Notes: a model not told the origin generated them from the sequence alone. 60,600 bases of DNA, filler included, from Hausera hauseri (GCA_046269625.1; 11 parts of 11 records of this genome joined end to end with filler, not necessarily neighbours in it), one strand, 5' to 3'; positions 36,928-49,739 are shown, counted from the first letter of the whole stretch. Program-made: numbers and translations.

Positions 36928-37767
36928 TTATTTAAATCGCGAAGTTCTTATCGTCCGGGTTATATTATATATTAGTCTTTCCTTCTCAGATAGTATGTCG
37001 CCTTGGAATTCGGTGTAATTGACTGTGCTTATTAGATCTTTCATTAGTTCAGTCAGTTTTTCATTATCGGAACTTGGAGTAGGTACTGATAGTTGTCTTA
37101 ATTCTCTAATCAGATCCGCGTTATAACCGATTTCCTTTATTTTTCTTGCTCTTCCGACCGGCCGTTTCGCTTTTATAGGTGGTGCGGTTTCGCTCAGCGG
37201 GACTATATTCTTATCGTATTGCGGTTTGTCCTCGTCCGTCTGTAAGTATTCGAAATACATTGAAGCAGCCTGAATCCCCATGATTCTTCCAACGCACTGT
37301 TCTGTATGTGCCTTTCTCATAGCTTTGTCTTTGGTTTGCTCACTGGCGATTATTGTTAATATTATCCTATTTTCCTCGAAAGGTATAATCCCTACGTCTA
37401 TTAAGGATTTTAACTTATCTAGTATCCTACCTCTGAAATATAGCCGATAATTAATTCCTTTCCTATCATCCTTATCCATTATCCGTTGTTTTATATCCGC
37501 AACAGTGGTATAAGTAGTGCACTCAAATTCCTCGTCATCCATCCATTCGGATGATACCTTTACTTTAAGTTGCGTTTTTGGTTTATTTCTTAGAAATTTA
37601 GCGTACTTCTTTATTAGGAGCTTGGGTACAGCGCTGTATGCGGTATTTTCACTAGATAGTTTGGTCAAGGTTGGAATCAATCTCCTTAACCTATCTTCAC
37701 TTATATGTATTTTCAACACATTGCTCAGTTCCTTTTCGGCTATTGTAGGATCAAGCAGCATTTGCAC
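36928..37767 (-). CDS. Family A upstream protein segment with an internal ubiquitin-like domain (about 37348-37575) and AT-hook-like motif
   Basis: QLKVKV..TTVADIKQRI..YRLYFRGRILD..SLIDVGI..IILTI follows the ubiquitin-fold pattern; KRPVGRARK. Confidence 0.7.
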   Translation of the reverse strand: MQMLLDPTIAEKELSNVLKIHISEDRLRRLIPTLTKLSSENTAYSAVPKLLIKKYAKFLRNKPKTQLKVKVSSEWMDDEEFECTTYTTVADIKQRIMDKDDRKGINYRLYFRGRILDKLKSLIDVGIIPFEENRIILTIIASEQTKDKAMRKAHTEQCVGRIMGIQAASMYFEYLQTDEDKPQYDKNIVPLSETAPPIKAKRPVGRARKIKEIGYNADLIRELRQLSVPTPSSDNEKLTELMKDLISTVNYTEFQGDILSEKERLIYNITRTIRTSRFK

Positions 37768-38413
37768 GTCAAATTTCGTCCTCTGGGTACCAATAAGTTA
37801 CTCAAAAATTTGTATTGAAATTCTTTGGCTTTGTTCGTTTAGACCTTGGAGATATTCATCACACTCGGCTTCATTACCTGCGTCAGGTAACTCAGTTCAT
37901 TAGCGCCGCATGTCCGACCTGGACTCTTTCGCGTAATTCTCTTATCTAAAGTTGCAATGTTTTCATTACGGATATCCTTAACCCGTCTCCATTTCCGCAC
38001 TCTTGTTGTATAAATGTTATTAGTCGGCACATTTCTTCTGGTTTTATCAAGGCTTTCTCCCGATAACTAGTCATTTCTGTGATTCTGTCTCTTTGTCATC
38101 TCTGTATAAATTCCATTTTGTTGTTCATTTCAGATTCCGTAAGGGAATACTTGTTCTTGAAAACTTCTGTTTCTCTCAGTAATTCGTTTAGCTCGCGTTG
38201 TCTTTTCTCGGAGCGTAACCGGGTTTCTTTTACCAAACGTATTCGATTTGTTAGTCGTTTGGCTACTACTTCGTCAATTTCTGCCATTTCTGTTAATAAT
38301 AGGATTAATTTGTNNNNNNNNNNNNNNNNNNNNNNNNNNNNNNNNNNNNNNNNNNNNTTAATTAATTAANNNNNNNNNNNNNNNNNNNNNNNNNNNNNNN
38401 NNNNNNNNNNNNN

Positions 38414-38487
38414 AAAAACACTTCCTAGCATCCCTTCAAAATCGCGTGTGATAAAAACAAGTCATGCGTCCGCCAGGTGAAATGGAT
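38414..38487. repeat. Exact 74-bp terminal direct repeat of the contig (second copy 44363-44436)
   Basis: aaaaacacttcctagcatccc...ggtgaaatggat is identical at both ends. Confidence 0.95.
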
Positions 38488-39525
38488 CGATCAGAGTGTC
38501 TGGAAGTACTTCTCTCCCTTAGAGGTCTGGTTTCGCTTCGTCGAGGCCTATTGAGATTATTTAGTTGGATTGTAATGGCTAGAATTGACTGCTGTAAGTC
38601 GTCAAACTGTCGCTGCATAAATTGCAATTGTTGTGAGAATGAAATGTTGTCGGTGTGTGAAGGTATGTGAGCGGTTGTTGCAGCTACTGGTTGTGGATTA
38701 TTAGACTGCAAAATGTCAAAACTTTTGTCTGCCAATAAGGCGAGCTTTCCAGGGGCTGTAGAGTCATCTACTACGGTGAGTAGCGCCCTGATGGAGGTAG
38801 GCAAAGATGAAGGAAAATACCGACGAAGAAGATTGGCATTATTTATGGGAGTGACGCCCAAGGAGCTCAATTGCGAGATTGCAGTTTTAAGAAAATCCGA
38901 TGGTTTTTGATTTCCGATGGCGTGTTCATTAAAGTATTTCTAAATTATGCTGTCAATGGAGGGGTCGGTGATATGCAGAACTGATTCATACAGCATACCA
39001 TATGGACTTGAAGAAGTAAGTTTGTCAGCAAAATTGTTGATTTGCTGATTGATGTAAGCTGGAAGTAATAGCATCAAACTGTTCGCCCGCAAAAGGAGTC
39101 TGTAATATGATTGGCTTTAAGCCATTGCAAGTAGAACTGCAACCAGGTACGACTAGAATTTGTCTTGTTTAGAAAAAAATCCGTGCAGGGAAAATTAGGA
39201 CATGTATTTAGTATGGAGTCGATAGGACGACGACCAGATTTGGTCTTTATGGGGTTTTCCACATAAGAAGGATCGGGTCCGGTCCACCACGTAAGTAAAA
39301 ATGGAGCATGAGACAGGTGTCTGGACGTTTGTGGCATAAGAAAAACGAAAGGGAGTCTGAAGGATGTACTATAAGCCCTTGATGTGTGAAATATAAATCA
39401 CAGATGCTATATGATGAGGACAATGCGGTATATAAGAACTGTGCTGTCTCGTTGAGTGGAGCATGTAAGGTGGTAATGTGTTGGTTGTAGCTAAAGACCA
39501 GGAAAGATAATTGTAATGAGGTCAT
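38414..39525 (-). mobile_element. Family C 5' end: UBL (ends YLRGG at 39283) fused to gag; degenerate
   Basis: Homologous to 17831-18688; Gag runs to MTCFYHTRF at the contig edge and continues at 44436. Confidence 0.85.
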
Positions 39526-39725
39526 ACCAAAGGCACGATGAAATGCACGGGGGCTTGAGCAGTTACCTTTTGGATTAAGAAGCGGTTCGAGCGTACAGTC
39601 GGGATAGTGGTGGCAAATGATGTTTGGGATAAAGAAATATACAAAGACGTTAAGTTTAGAAACCCTTTAAAATGAAAAATAGTTTAAGCCAGGAAGGGTC
39701 TACACATGCACAGAGAGTGGTAACA

Positions 39726-40058
39726 CTAGTGGGTAAAAATCAATGAAAATGTCACCCACCTGTGTTTAGATGAATCTGATGATGGAATGTCCACCGGTCG
39801 ATCGGCGAGGTTGCTATTGACTCGCGGTACGTTCATAAAATCGTTGCGGTAATCCGGTCCAGAAATTTCAAGAGTTTTCATAACCTCTAACTGTACGTTG
39901 TAATTAGCAATTTTACCCAGAGCCTCTGGTGGCGGAATAGCGGATGTAAGTGAACCATTTGTCTGGAAATCAGGCACCAAGCCAGCAACTTGTCTTTTGA
40001 AGTCATCTTGCCATTTCTTTTTCAAGTTCATCTCTTCATCTTTGGAAATGTTTTCCAC
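39726..40058 (-). pseudogene. Unidentified host-like coding fragment
   Basis: 110-aa open frame of normal protein composition ending at a donor-like ag|gtgggt; family not recognised. Confidence 0.35.
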
Positions 40059-40109
40059 ATTGACGCTGGTATTCCATCACCATTAATTGCTTTATTTAGT
40101 TTATTCATA

Positions 40110-40355
40110 GTCTTAACAGTTTAAAATGCAGTGGAAATGGCATTATGGGTCATAACTGCACTTCTAAATCGATTGTAATCATCGTGCCACGACGTTGCTT
40201 TGACATCCAAAATGATTCCCCGTCGATCTCAGTAATTTCGAATTCTTTTCAAATATAGATTCGATTTGCACCAAAATTAGTTCGACTTCGGTACCTCGTA
40301 CACCTTAGAAAATTGTTATTTGAAAACGAGCAAAATGAGCTTGGCGCTAACAAAT
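40110..40355 (-). pseudogene. DNAH2: Axonemal dynein heavy chain (DNAH2-like) N-terminal-region fragment
   Basis: QAHFAR..GVRGTEV..IESIFEKN..GIILDVKATSWHDDYNRFRSAV. Confidence 0.7.
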
Positions 40356-40768
40356 TTCCATTAAATATTTTTATGTTTCAATACTCCAGTAACTTGTACC
40401 GTTTCTTTAACATCATGGATCTTAAACAAACTGTTTTCCTCAGTTGGATAAAGACTGATTACAACACAATCCCACTTCTGACACCAATTTAATTTTGCTT
40501 TAGATGAATCCATTAGTAAAACAATAAATCCAGAGAAGAAGTCTATTTAAGAAAAGTTTCTATTTCAACGTCTATTTAAAAAAACTATCAATTATTCAAA
40601 ATCAATTTTTTACAACCTTGTTCATATAACATACTCATGAGATTATATTCTTCAAAAACGAACTAAACTTTATTAGAATTATCAATCAGTAAGTTCAAAC
40701 ATGTTCACTTTTTGTCATCAATGGTGTATTTGTCTAAGATTATTGATCCAATACAACCGTTAGTTCAT

Positions 40769-40985
40769 TAACAACCGAACTTGTCTTATTTTTTCATCTA
40801 TTATTGTCGAGTTTGATCTAGATCGGGAAATCGCTGGTAATATCGGTTTCATCTTCCTGATTCAGTGTTGCACGTGCAACAGAAAAAAACGCTTGTTCAA
40901 CATTCAAAGCTTCTTTAGCGCTATATTCGAAATATGGAATATCACTTTTAGATTGACACAATTGTTGTGCTCTTTTCGGCTGTAC
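40769..40985 (-). pseudogene. RAB7: Rab7 C-terminal fragment
   Basis: VQPKRAQQLCQSKSDIPYFEYSAKEALNVEQAFFSVAR..DFPI*IKLD. Confidence 0.85.
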
Positions 40986-41039
40986 GTAATGTCTTTATAG
41001 ACCAATCTATCCACTGATGATTATCGTCTCATTCCAATA

Positions 41040-44000
41040 TTGTCACACTGGTGGGGAAAGTCCTCCCATCGACACGTTAAGCCCTCCAATGAGACCACAC
41101 TCTAAGCACTACATCACCCCCCCCTTGGTAGAAGAGAAACTGTGCAAAGGTGGAAAGAAATGATAACGATAATAAGGATGAAAGGAACAATGTTTGACGT
41201 CTATTTGGTTTTGGTATGAGTTAGGCGTTGTGTGCCGTTACAGAATTTTTCTTTGCTGTAGGTGCTAAAGGTCACTATACGCGCCTTACATGAATGGTTT
41301 GTGCTTGGTTGTAGTTCGACGTTATGTGATGGAGGTGATGAGGAGAATATGTCAAGCAAAGGAGGCGATGCAATTGAACGCGATGAAACAGTGGGTATAG
41401 ACAAAGAAAGCGAAGAAAGTAGTGACATGATGACGGAGAGAAAGGCGAGAAGGATGGAGGAAATGATGATTGAGTGTGGTCAAACAGTGATCGCTGAAAC
41501 GGCGCAAAGTCGTTTAGAAAATCGGTAGACGAAAGTGTTGAGTTTGAATTGGTGTTAGCATTGACATTCGGATTGTCATAAATGAAGAAAGCAGGCTTTA
41601 GATTCAAAATGTGGACGTTGTAAGGTTTATCTTGGCGTAAAACGGTGGCTGTGTGAGACGAAATATTTAGCAGTTTGTACGGGCAAACATATTAAAGTCT
41701 AAAGCCTAAAAGTGATTGATCTTTTAACCACACAAACTTGGAGGCGTATAAATCCTTCGGAATATATGATTTGTTGCTGTTAAAGAGGCGACAGAATGAA
41801 TCTGAGCTGACCTCGACGAAGTGAGATTGTGCCGCACGAATGTTTTCGTCTGTAGGGTTGTCGACGAGATCAGAAAGTTCGAATAAGACCCCAATTGGAG
41901 TCACAAAGAGTGCTTCGGCTGGAGCACAACCGGTAGTGGTAGAGGGTGTGTTGCGCCAACCTAGTAGAACAAATGGTAGAATGGACGTCCAATTGCGATG
42001 AGTGTCAGCCAATATTTTTAAGGAAACATTTTTGTTCGATGGAACCTTTCAAGAAGGCTATTTGCTTGAAGATGATATGGTGTAGCACGAAAATGGGATA
42101 TTCCCAATCGTTTGACAAGTGATTTTAAAAGTTTCGACTAAAATTGTGGACCTTGATCCGTTATTATGTAACGTGGGGAACCAAAGCGACTGATACAGAT
42201 TTTTATAAAGGTGTCGGCAACTGAATCAATATTCGTTAAACGAAGAGGAACGACTTCAGGCTAGCGAGAAGCACGATCCATCATGGTAGGTATATGTTGA
42301 TATCCGTTGTCTGAAGATAAAGGACCAACTGTATCAAGATGAACCGTATGGAAGCGTGATGTACAGGGAAAATGGTACAGCGGCGGTTTAAGGTGTTTGT
42401 TGATTTTGTTTTTTTGACAGGCTACACATTCCTTAACCCAGCCCTGTATATCTTTGCGCATTGATGGCCATACAGCGTGACGTTGAAGCAAGCAAAAAAT
42501 TGCTTTCGAACCCGGATGATAAAGTGAGTGCGTATGAAGGAAAGCTGGCTTTTGTAAAGGTGGAGTTAGAATTATCTTTTTATTACCGGAATTCGACGTA
42601 TCAAAAGCAATGCCATCAATAATTTTGAAGGATTTAAAAGAGCTAAGGAAGTCGGTAGACGGTTAATTGGCCTTTAAGACTTCAGATGATAAAATTGGCT
42701 CAACTGTGTTGGATCTAACCAACCTCGATAGAACGTCTGCTACCAAATTGTTTGTGCCTAACATATATTTCAACACAAAGCTGAACGTAGACAGGTATGA
42801 TATATGTCTCTCTTGGTTCGGTGATGGCTATTTTAACGACATGATGTGCAGTAGAGGCTTGTGATCAGTTTGAGTGACAAATAAACGAGAAAGAAGTAGA
42901 TGTTTGTAATGTTTTACTGCCAGAACTATGGTGAATAACTCACGGTCAAATTCTGAATAACGGCTTTCAGGTTGCGTGAGCTTTCGGAAATAGAATTCTA
43001 ATGGTTCATCAACGCCATTGTATATTTGGTGTAATATCGCACCAGTTGCTGTGGTCGAGGCATCGGTGGTAAGTATAAGATCTGCGTTGGGCTTTGGATA
43101 GGCCAGTATTTTGACGGATTTTAGGCCATCGTAGCCCCACAGTAGATCGCGGTGAGTGATCTGCTTTGTGCAAAATAGCTATTTGAGATATTTTTTACAA
43201 AGATATTTGCGCAAGTCTTGCCATTTTGCGGAATAATAACGTGCGTTTAACCTCTAATTAATATAGAAAATGAAGCGACTGTATGACAAGTGTTGATGCC
43301 AGATTTTACCATTGTTTTCATGAAAATTGGATTGCAAAGGACAATTAAACATGTTTGTGCATGTTTAAGTGCAATAGTATTTGATTTTGAATTGATTGGT
43401 TTGTAATAAACATCAAATATTAATGAAATATGGTTCACTGGCAATGTATTGATTTTCATTTTTCTACAAAAATTTATATTTGACGGATTTTTCCCACTAA
43501 AAGTGATAAAATACTAATAAATATTTGGTAAAATAGTTATATTTTGTTATTCGTTGCAAGCAATCTAAACAAAAAGGGTGCATGATGTTAAAAAATAAAT
43601 ATACGTCAGTTTCTTCAAGGTGGCCTCAAACTTTTGACGGGGAGTGTAAGTCTGTTGTTATCAGCCGATAAACAACATGTCAAATTGACATTTGAATGAA
43701 CAGAGGGAAACAAGGTGTACGACTGTTCGTCTGGAAAGCATTTGTTGGTATTTGCAACGGAGTTCCTCCGCAAGAGACATCTATACTTACAGTCGACTAA
43801 AAAATCGTATACAGCTAGGAAATCGGAACCTGTTATGGGCGATCTAATGTTGGCTATATGAAATTTCCAGGAGAATTTCCCTTGTAGGTTGGAGAATGTG
43901 AAAGTCAGTTTTGTGGTACCTACAATGTTTAAAGGTTGACCACACGCACTGAAAAGTGGAGGAGAGAAAACTATGTTATATGTAGGAGCGAAAGACAAAG

Positions 44001-44436
44001 GAAGAAGTAAAAAGAAGTTCCTAAATCAATGAGGAAGTCTATGTGTGAGGTGTCTCCAAATAACATTTCAGCTTCCAACAGAAAGACTGCAGAGGCGGTG
44101 TCGAAACGGCCAGAAGTTTGAACGATATTGCCTGTACCAGAATGTGCCGTGGCATCTGGTGGCATTATTATTTTTTTTGAGACTTGGTAGAAAGAGGAGG
44201 AATGGTGAGTGCGAGGAGGCGAAGAAGGTGGAAAGAAACTAGAATTCCTTTTTTAATGTTTTCATCCTGGTACACATGATCTAGCCCGTGATTGAAACTT
44301 GTTGTGATAGACATAAATGAGGTTGTCCACAGCATACCGCTTGCTGTAGAACCAACAGCCCAAAAAACACTTCCTAGCATCCCTTCAAAATCGCGTGTGA
44401 TAAAAACAAGTCATGCGTCCGCCAGGTGAAATGGAT
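41040..44436 (-). mobile_element. Family C 3' part: gag end, PR, RT missing, RH, IN, Ser-rich tail, PPT, LTR start
   Basis: FLIDLGTS and ITGSDFL; TTDAST; CVACQKNK..HLDTVGP; poly-G PPT then TGATGT at about 41111-41125; RT replaced by AT-rich DNA at about 43130-43610. Confidence 0.85.
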
Positions 44437-44611
44437 NNNNNNNNNNNNNNNNNNNNNNNNNNNNNNNNNNNNNNNNNNNNTTAATTAATTAANNNNNNNN
44501 NNNNNNNNNNNNNNNNNNNNNNNNNNNNNNNNNNNNATTTATTACAACGGAACGTTTCCAACTTATGGTGAAAGTCAGTTGTCCGAACGCACAACAGCAG
44601 AATTGGAAAAT

Positions 44612-44718
44612 CTTTAAATGTGACAGCTTTTCTCATTTCTTTTGTATAAATGTACAAATTTCTTCTATTTTTAAATGTGACAGCTTTTCTCATTTCGTTT
44701 GTATAAATGTACAAATAT
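44612..44718. repeat. Two-copy tandem repeat of about 57 bp
   Basis: tttaaatgtgacagcttttctcatttc.tttgtataaatgtacaaat occurs twice. Confidence 0.85.
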
Positions 44719-45357
44719 TTTCTTTTATCTTTTGTTGTTATGCAAAGGTTGTACTTTTGAGCACACTTTTTGAAATCTGTATAATTCATGTTATTTCAAC
44801 TTTACGTTTTCAATGGGAGTTAAAAACGGCAAATATTTAAACAAAAACTCATTTCTTAATCTAATCAAATTCAACATCAAACATACCGATTTTTTTAATC
44901 AGATAAATTGCATAATTCTTACGTTTCAATAAGTGATGGATTAAATGCACACCAAGTTTAACTAAAACATTCACATGCAATTAGATTGTATACATGCAAC
45001 AATTAATTGATATCAACATATGACGAAATTTAATTTATCGTACTTATTCACTACTGACAGAAATAAGCAATATATTTATATACATTAAATGCTCTTTGTA
45101 TTCTGCAATTCGTTTTATTTAAGTCTGACTGTACTCAAAACTCTCATTGAAATGCGAGACTTTACATTGATCACACAAGTCAATATTAATGCTACTATTT
45201 GTTCTAAATTTGAAAAGAAATATTACTAATTTTCTTGATAAATGAAATGTTACTTTGTTATTTGAATCGGATTTATAAAATCAGTTATTATTGAATTATC
45301 GCAGATTTTTGAATTATCAATAAAAGAAGTTTATACTGCGTTATTTTTTTTTTCGTT

Positions 45358-48300
45358 ATGATTGAAAAGACAATGGTGTCAGTTAAATCAAATATAACAG
45401 TTAAATCAAATAGCACAGTTAAATCAAATATAACATATAGTATTAGAAGGAATTCAGAAATATGGGAAGTTAAACGGAAACTTAATCGTGTTTACTGGAT
45501 GCCAGACTCGATTTGTCACAAATGCTATGGATGTGACGAAGAATTTACTACCATAAAACGAAAACATCACTGTCGTATGTGTGGTCAAATATTTTGTTAT
45601 GGGTGCTGCAGTTTCGTACTTCCAGGATCGTTATGGAATTTATCGAAACCACAAAGATCATGTCGAAATTGTTTTCAGTCTTTTTATTCAAATGGAAACC
45701 TGAAAAATCACAATTCAGATTTTTTCCACCAATGTCAGAACGTCACATCTGAATTACATTCTCAAAAAACATTGCTAAACAATAACAACCCAACAAATTT
45801 TCCATCGCATACATCTGGTGATTCTTTAAACCGTACGCTGTCGTTTAGTTCTCAAGATATTGCTTACGTTAGTCAAAAACGAGATCCGCTATTGTCATTT
45901 GTTGACATTGATAGTTTGGAAACAGAATCTCTTGAAAATGTTAAGAGCACAGACGACCTTTCAACTATTAAAAGAACAGCCAGTTTGCCAAAATTAGACG
46001 CCATTGGAGGTGACTCATTTATTGAATGCCGGTGTGAAACTCATTTTGGAGATACTGCCTATAGACGTATTTGGTTATCAGTTTCAGTTAACACCAAATT
46101 TCCAGTGGGTTCTACTTTGCAGGTATTTTGTTTTACAGACTTTGTTAATTCGACGGATAAAGGTTTTTATAACGTTAATCAGTCATGTTTTAAAGATGGC
46201 AATCCAATCAACGTTACAGAATATGTTTTAAACTTTACGAGTCGTTACTTCACTTTGACTATTGAAAATGTTATTAGCAATTATCAAGGTTCTTATAGTT
46301 GCAACGTAGGTTTCTGTAATAATAATAATTATAATGATAACTCATCACGTTGTTATATTGTAAAAAGTTGCAATCTGCACATTTTAGTTTTTTCACCAAT
46401 GTTTGTCAAAAGATGTACTACAGGTCAACCTCTTATTGCTGGACAGCTGGTCTGGATTTCATTGACGGCTTATCCGGGGGAATACTGGTTCAAAACCTAT
46501 TCACGTTTGTCAATTACGGATGAACCAAAAACGTGGCATGTTCAACCACCTTTAGCAGATGGAACGTCATTAACAGCTAGTGAATTATTTGTTAATGTAA
46601 CTATTACTCTACCGGAATATCCGTTTGCTTATCCGCACGTAAACGTTTGTTGCACGATACAAAATGACGCAAATACACCTTTACGTTTAACATCATGCCA
46701 TTTATTTGATGTCATTCATTTACTTAAAGGTTCTATACAGACTAAACCGCCTGTGCATCATAATCAAAGAATTAAAGTTAATTCCACAATCGTATGTTAC
46801 GGACTTAGCGGATATCCACGTCCAACATATAAATGGATTCGTTTATCACCATCTGAGATATCATTCAGTGCTTTCCAAATTCCTAATTTAACATCCATCA
46901 ACGAAACACTTTACGTTGATAGTCGGAATACCGTTCGTGGTCAAATGTACATTTACCAATGCATTGCCAGACAACTTTCCCTTCATATTTCTTTCACCAT
47001 TCAGTTTGTTGTAAGCTTATGCAGTCATGAACTGATAATGGACCTGTTTGTTGCTGTCAATACGCAAATCCACACGACGTGCGGTTCTTCAAATAAGCAG
47101 GGTTCTGAATTTTTTAATGTTGCATACAAACCTTTTTTACAACGTTTCTTTTTATCTTTACCAATTACTCCAAAAAAGACACAATTGTATTTAATTCCAT
47201 TTTTAAATTTTGACCTGAAGCACAACGCAACGTTTGTTGAATGCTCCGACAATGTACTTTGTCCAAATATTTCCGACATTTTGCAATCATACCATAGCCA
47301 ATATAGGTCACGTTTCATTCGGCCATGTGATGGAATGGAATTGTCGTGCTCTGATGTGGGTTTAAAAAACCTATACTATACCATAAATAAAGGAAGAAAG
47401 AATATTCCAAATATAGCCATCTTGGGTCGTGATGAGTCAGCCTGTGTTCAATTTAGCTACGATAAACGTGATTTAAAACTATATTCACAACTAATACGAG
47501 ATGAAAATTTTCTGATTTGGCTTCATTATTTCAATAGAAACATTAAATATATTATTGATGAAGAACCACTCATACAGCCAAACAGAACATTCATGCTCGT
47601 GAATAATTCATTGAATATATCACATTTTGGAGTATGTTGCAATCTCACCGAATATGCCTCTTTGTTTTCAATCGATGGACGCGACTTTTTAGATAGCGTT
47701 TGTTCTAAGTCCGCCATATCAAAGGATCCGTTAGGCAATCCAAATTTAACAATTTACTCGAAATTAATTTATTTAAATCTCGTTGTTACAGTTGAGTGCA
47801 CTGGAAATCCTGGCTATCCGAATGGTTCATTGACCATTTGTATCGGTGAAAACAATGCTCCCGATTGTACGTTGATCTTAAATAACATTACAAATTACGA
47901 AGAGGATAAAGTCTTTAACGTTGTTTACAATTTAACATTAATTTCTCAGTTTGATAAGAAATGGGTCATATGTATTGCAACAAATGCCATTCAAACTGTC
48001 GGGTTCGATCAGTTTTACTTTACTTCTACTCAACTGAACTATGTTTATAAACCAATGAGTTTTATGTTCATTAGCATCTATCCAAAAATCATTACTGAAG
48101 GAAGTACAGTTCTTATCAATTGTTCATTCAGCATTCCTATTTCCCCACCGATACATGTCGTAACATTGTCAAAGGAAGGAAAATTTCCCATTACCTTATT
48201 AACTGGCTTTATTAAACCAACTCAAAGCGAACAGTTTTTTATGAATACTCTACACGTTTAGTTTAACCAATATAACAAACGTTTCAAATGATCGGGACGG

Positions 48301-48806
48301 AGGAACTGTTGTGTCTTTGGAATAATTCAAAAGAAACTATCAACGATGCTGCTGCTTTGGTTATTGACTGGACGTTTGTAAAACAGCCACATTTAACAGT
48401 TAAAACCGGAGAAAATTATGATAATTCCCAAGAAGGTCGAATTGAACCGAATTATTTGCAAGCTGGAAATTGGGTCCTAATTAACTGCTCAAGTAACGTC
48501 GGCAATGGAAATAACTATCTTCAGTCACACGTTCAGTTTGGTTCGACTGAAATTATTTGGATTATTAATGATCACGATGAATGCCGTTTTCTTAACATTA
48601 TCGGAAATATGTCAACAGCCGACTCTAAATGTTCCGAAATTCGATTTCTCACGAGAAACGAAGATTTCAGACAAATTGCTTACGCAATACCAGAGTTATA
48701 TTCTACAGTCTACTTTCTTAACCTAACGTGCATGGCAAATAATTCTCTTAATCAACTAACGATTTCAGTGTTTTTCCAAATAGTGTCTGATTTCAAAGAA
48801 GGGTAA
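45358..48806 (+). CDS. Chimeric ORF: PIKfyve/Fab1-type FYVE finger joined to an Ig-like / VWA-like / Ig-like extracellular region (967 aa plus broken continuation)
   Basis: YWMPD..CYGC..RKHHCRMCGQIFC..C; Ig signatures LTIENV..YQGSYSC and C..SGYPRPTYKW..YQCIA; VWA-like MDLFVAV..KPFL; many NxS/T sites. Confidence 0.7.
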
Positions 48807-49739
48807 TTTGTAACGCTTCTGGGTATCCAAAAGCTGACATCAATTTAACTATAACCGGAACAGCTCCAGTTGACATAATTCATTCATTAAACAATCTCAA
48901 AGTCATAAAACATGAATGTATAAACACAGTCGTTGCAAAAATGGAAATGTGCGTTTCACGTTTCCATCAAAATATTCTTTTGTGTGGTCCACTATCTAAC
49001 CAAGTACAAAATTCCAACGGTATTAATGAATATATCGAAAATCCAAATCCCCGAATGGAAAGTTTGAACGGATCACCAGAAGAGTTTGAAAATGCTATTG
49101 AATGATACTCGAATGATTTATTTTAGTTGTTTCCAGATATCAGCCGAAAATACACTTCGCCACCGTTTAGAACCGAACCGGCATAGCTGTCCAGTCAGGC
49201 TTCTGCATTACCCACCGCGTATAAGCATCGAACACTCATTTACTGTCGCACAAGAGGCGATTTTCAATCCCATTATTGATTGTATCCCATACTCTTGTAC
49301 GGTCGGAAGTGCTGGACTCGTCTAGCTATAACAGTTAAAGCAAACCTACATGGAATATTCTTGTGAACTTTGTTCATCCCCCCTCCCGTGCAACGCAAAT
49401 CTAATATAATCAAATACTCTGGGACCCACCTTTAAAAAGGCGTAGTCTCAGTGTTGTTCAAACCCACCGCTAATGATTAAATCAGTTATGCACTGCGTTA
49501 TTTTCTTACATTTATATTGACCTATGGTTTTTATAACTCAGGCTTGAACCTACAATTGCGCACAAGCATAAGCATAACAGGGAATGTTAATTGTCGGCCT
49601 TTTCGTCTTTTCAAACACTTTAAAACCTAGAAAATACTGGCAGCCGTCCCAATTAACTGCTTCTTTCAAGGCTAACCTTAGCAATGTTTGACTCTGCCAC
49701 AATATGAAAAGGCTACACCTGTATTAATTTCTCCTGATT

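Larger units (their letters stand above)
33210..38313 (-). mobile_element. Family A element copy 1: coiled coil, UBL-containing ORF, chuvirus-like glycoprotein, linker, protease, RT start; degenerate
   Basis: Collinear with 54736-60600; PR ALIDTGSEKSFI..VVLGCDIL; RT start PKWYPPP shared with copy 2. Confidence 0.85.

Noticed and set aside
36566-37903. Plus-strand ORFs 36566-37018 and 37517-37903
   Set aside because: Antisense shadows of the minus-strand element ORFs
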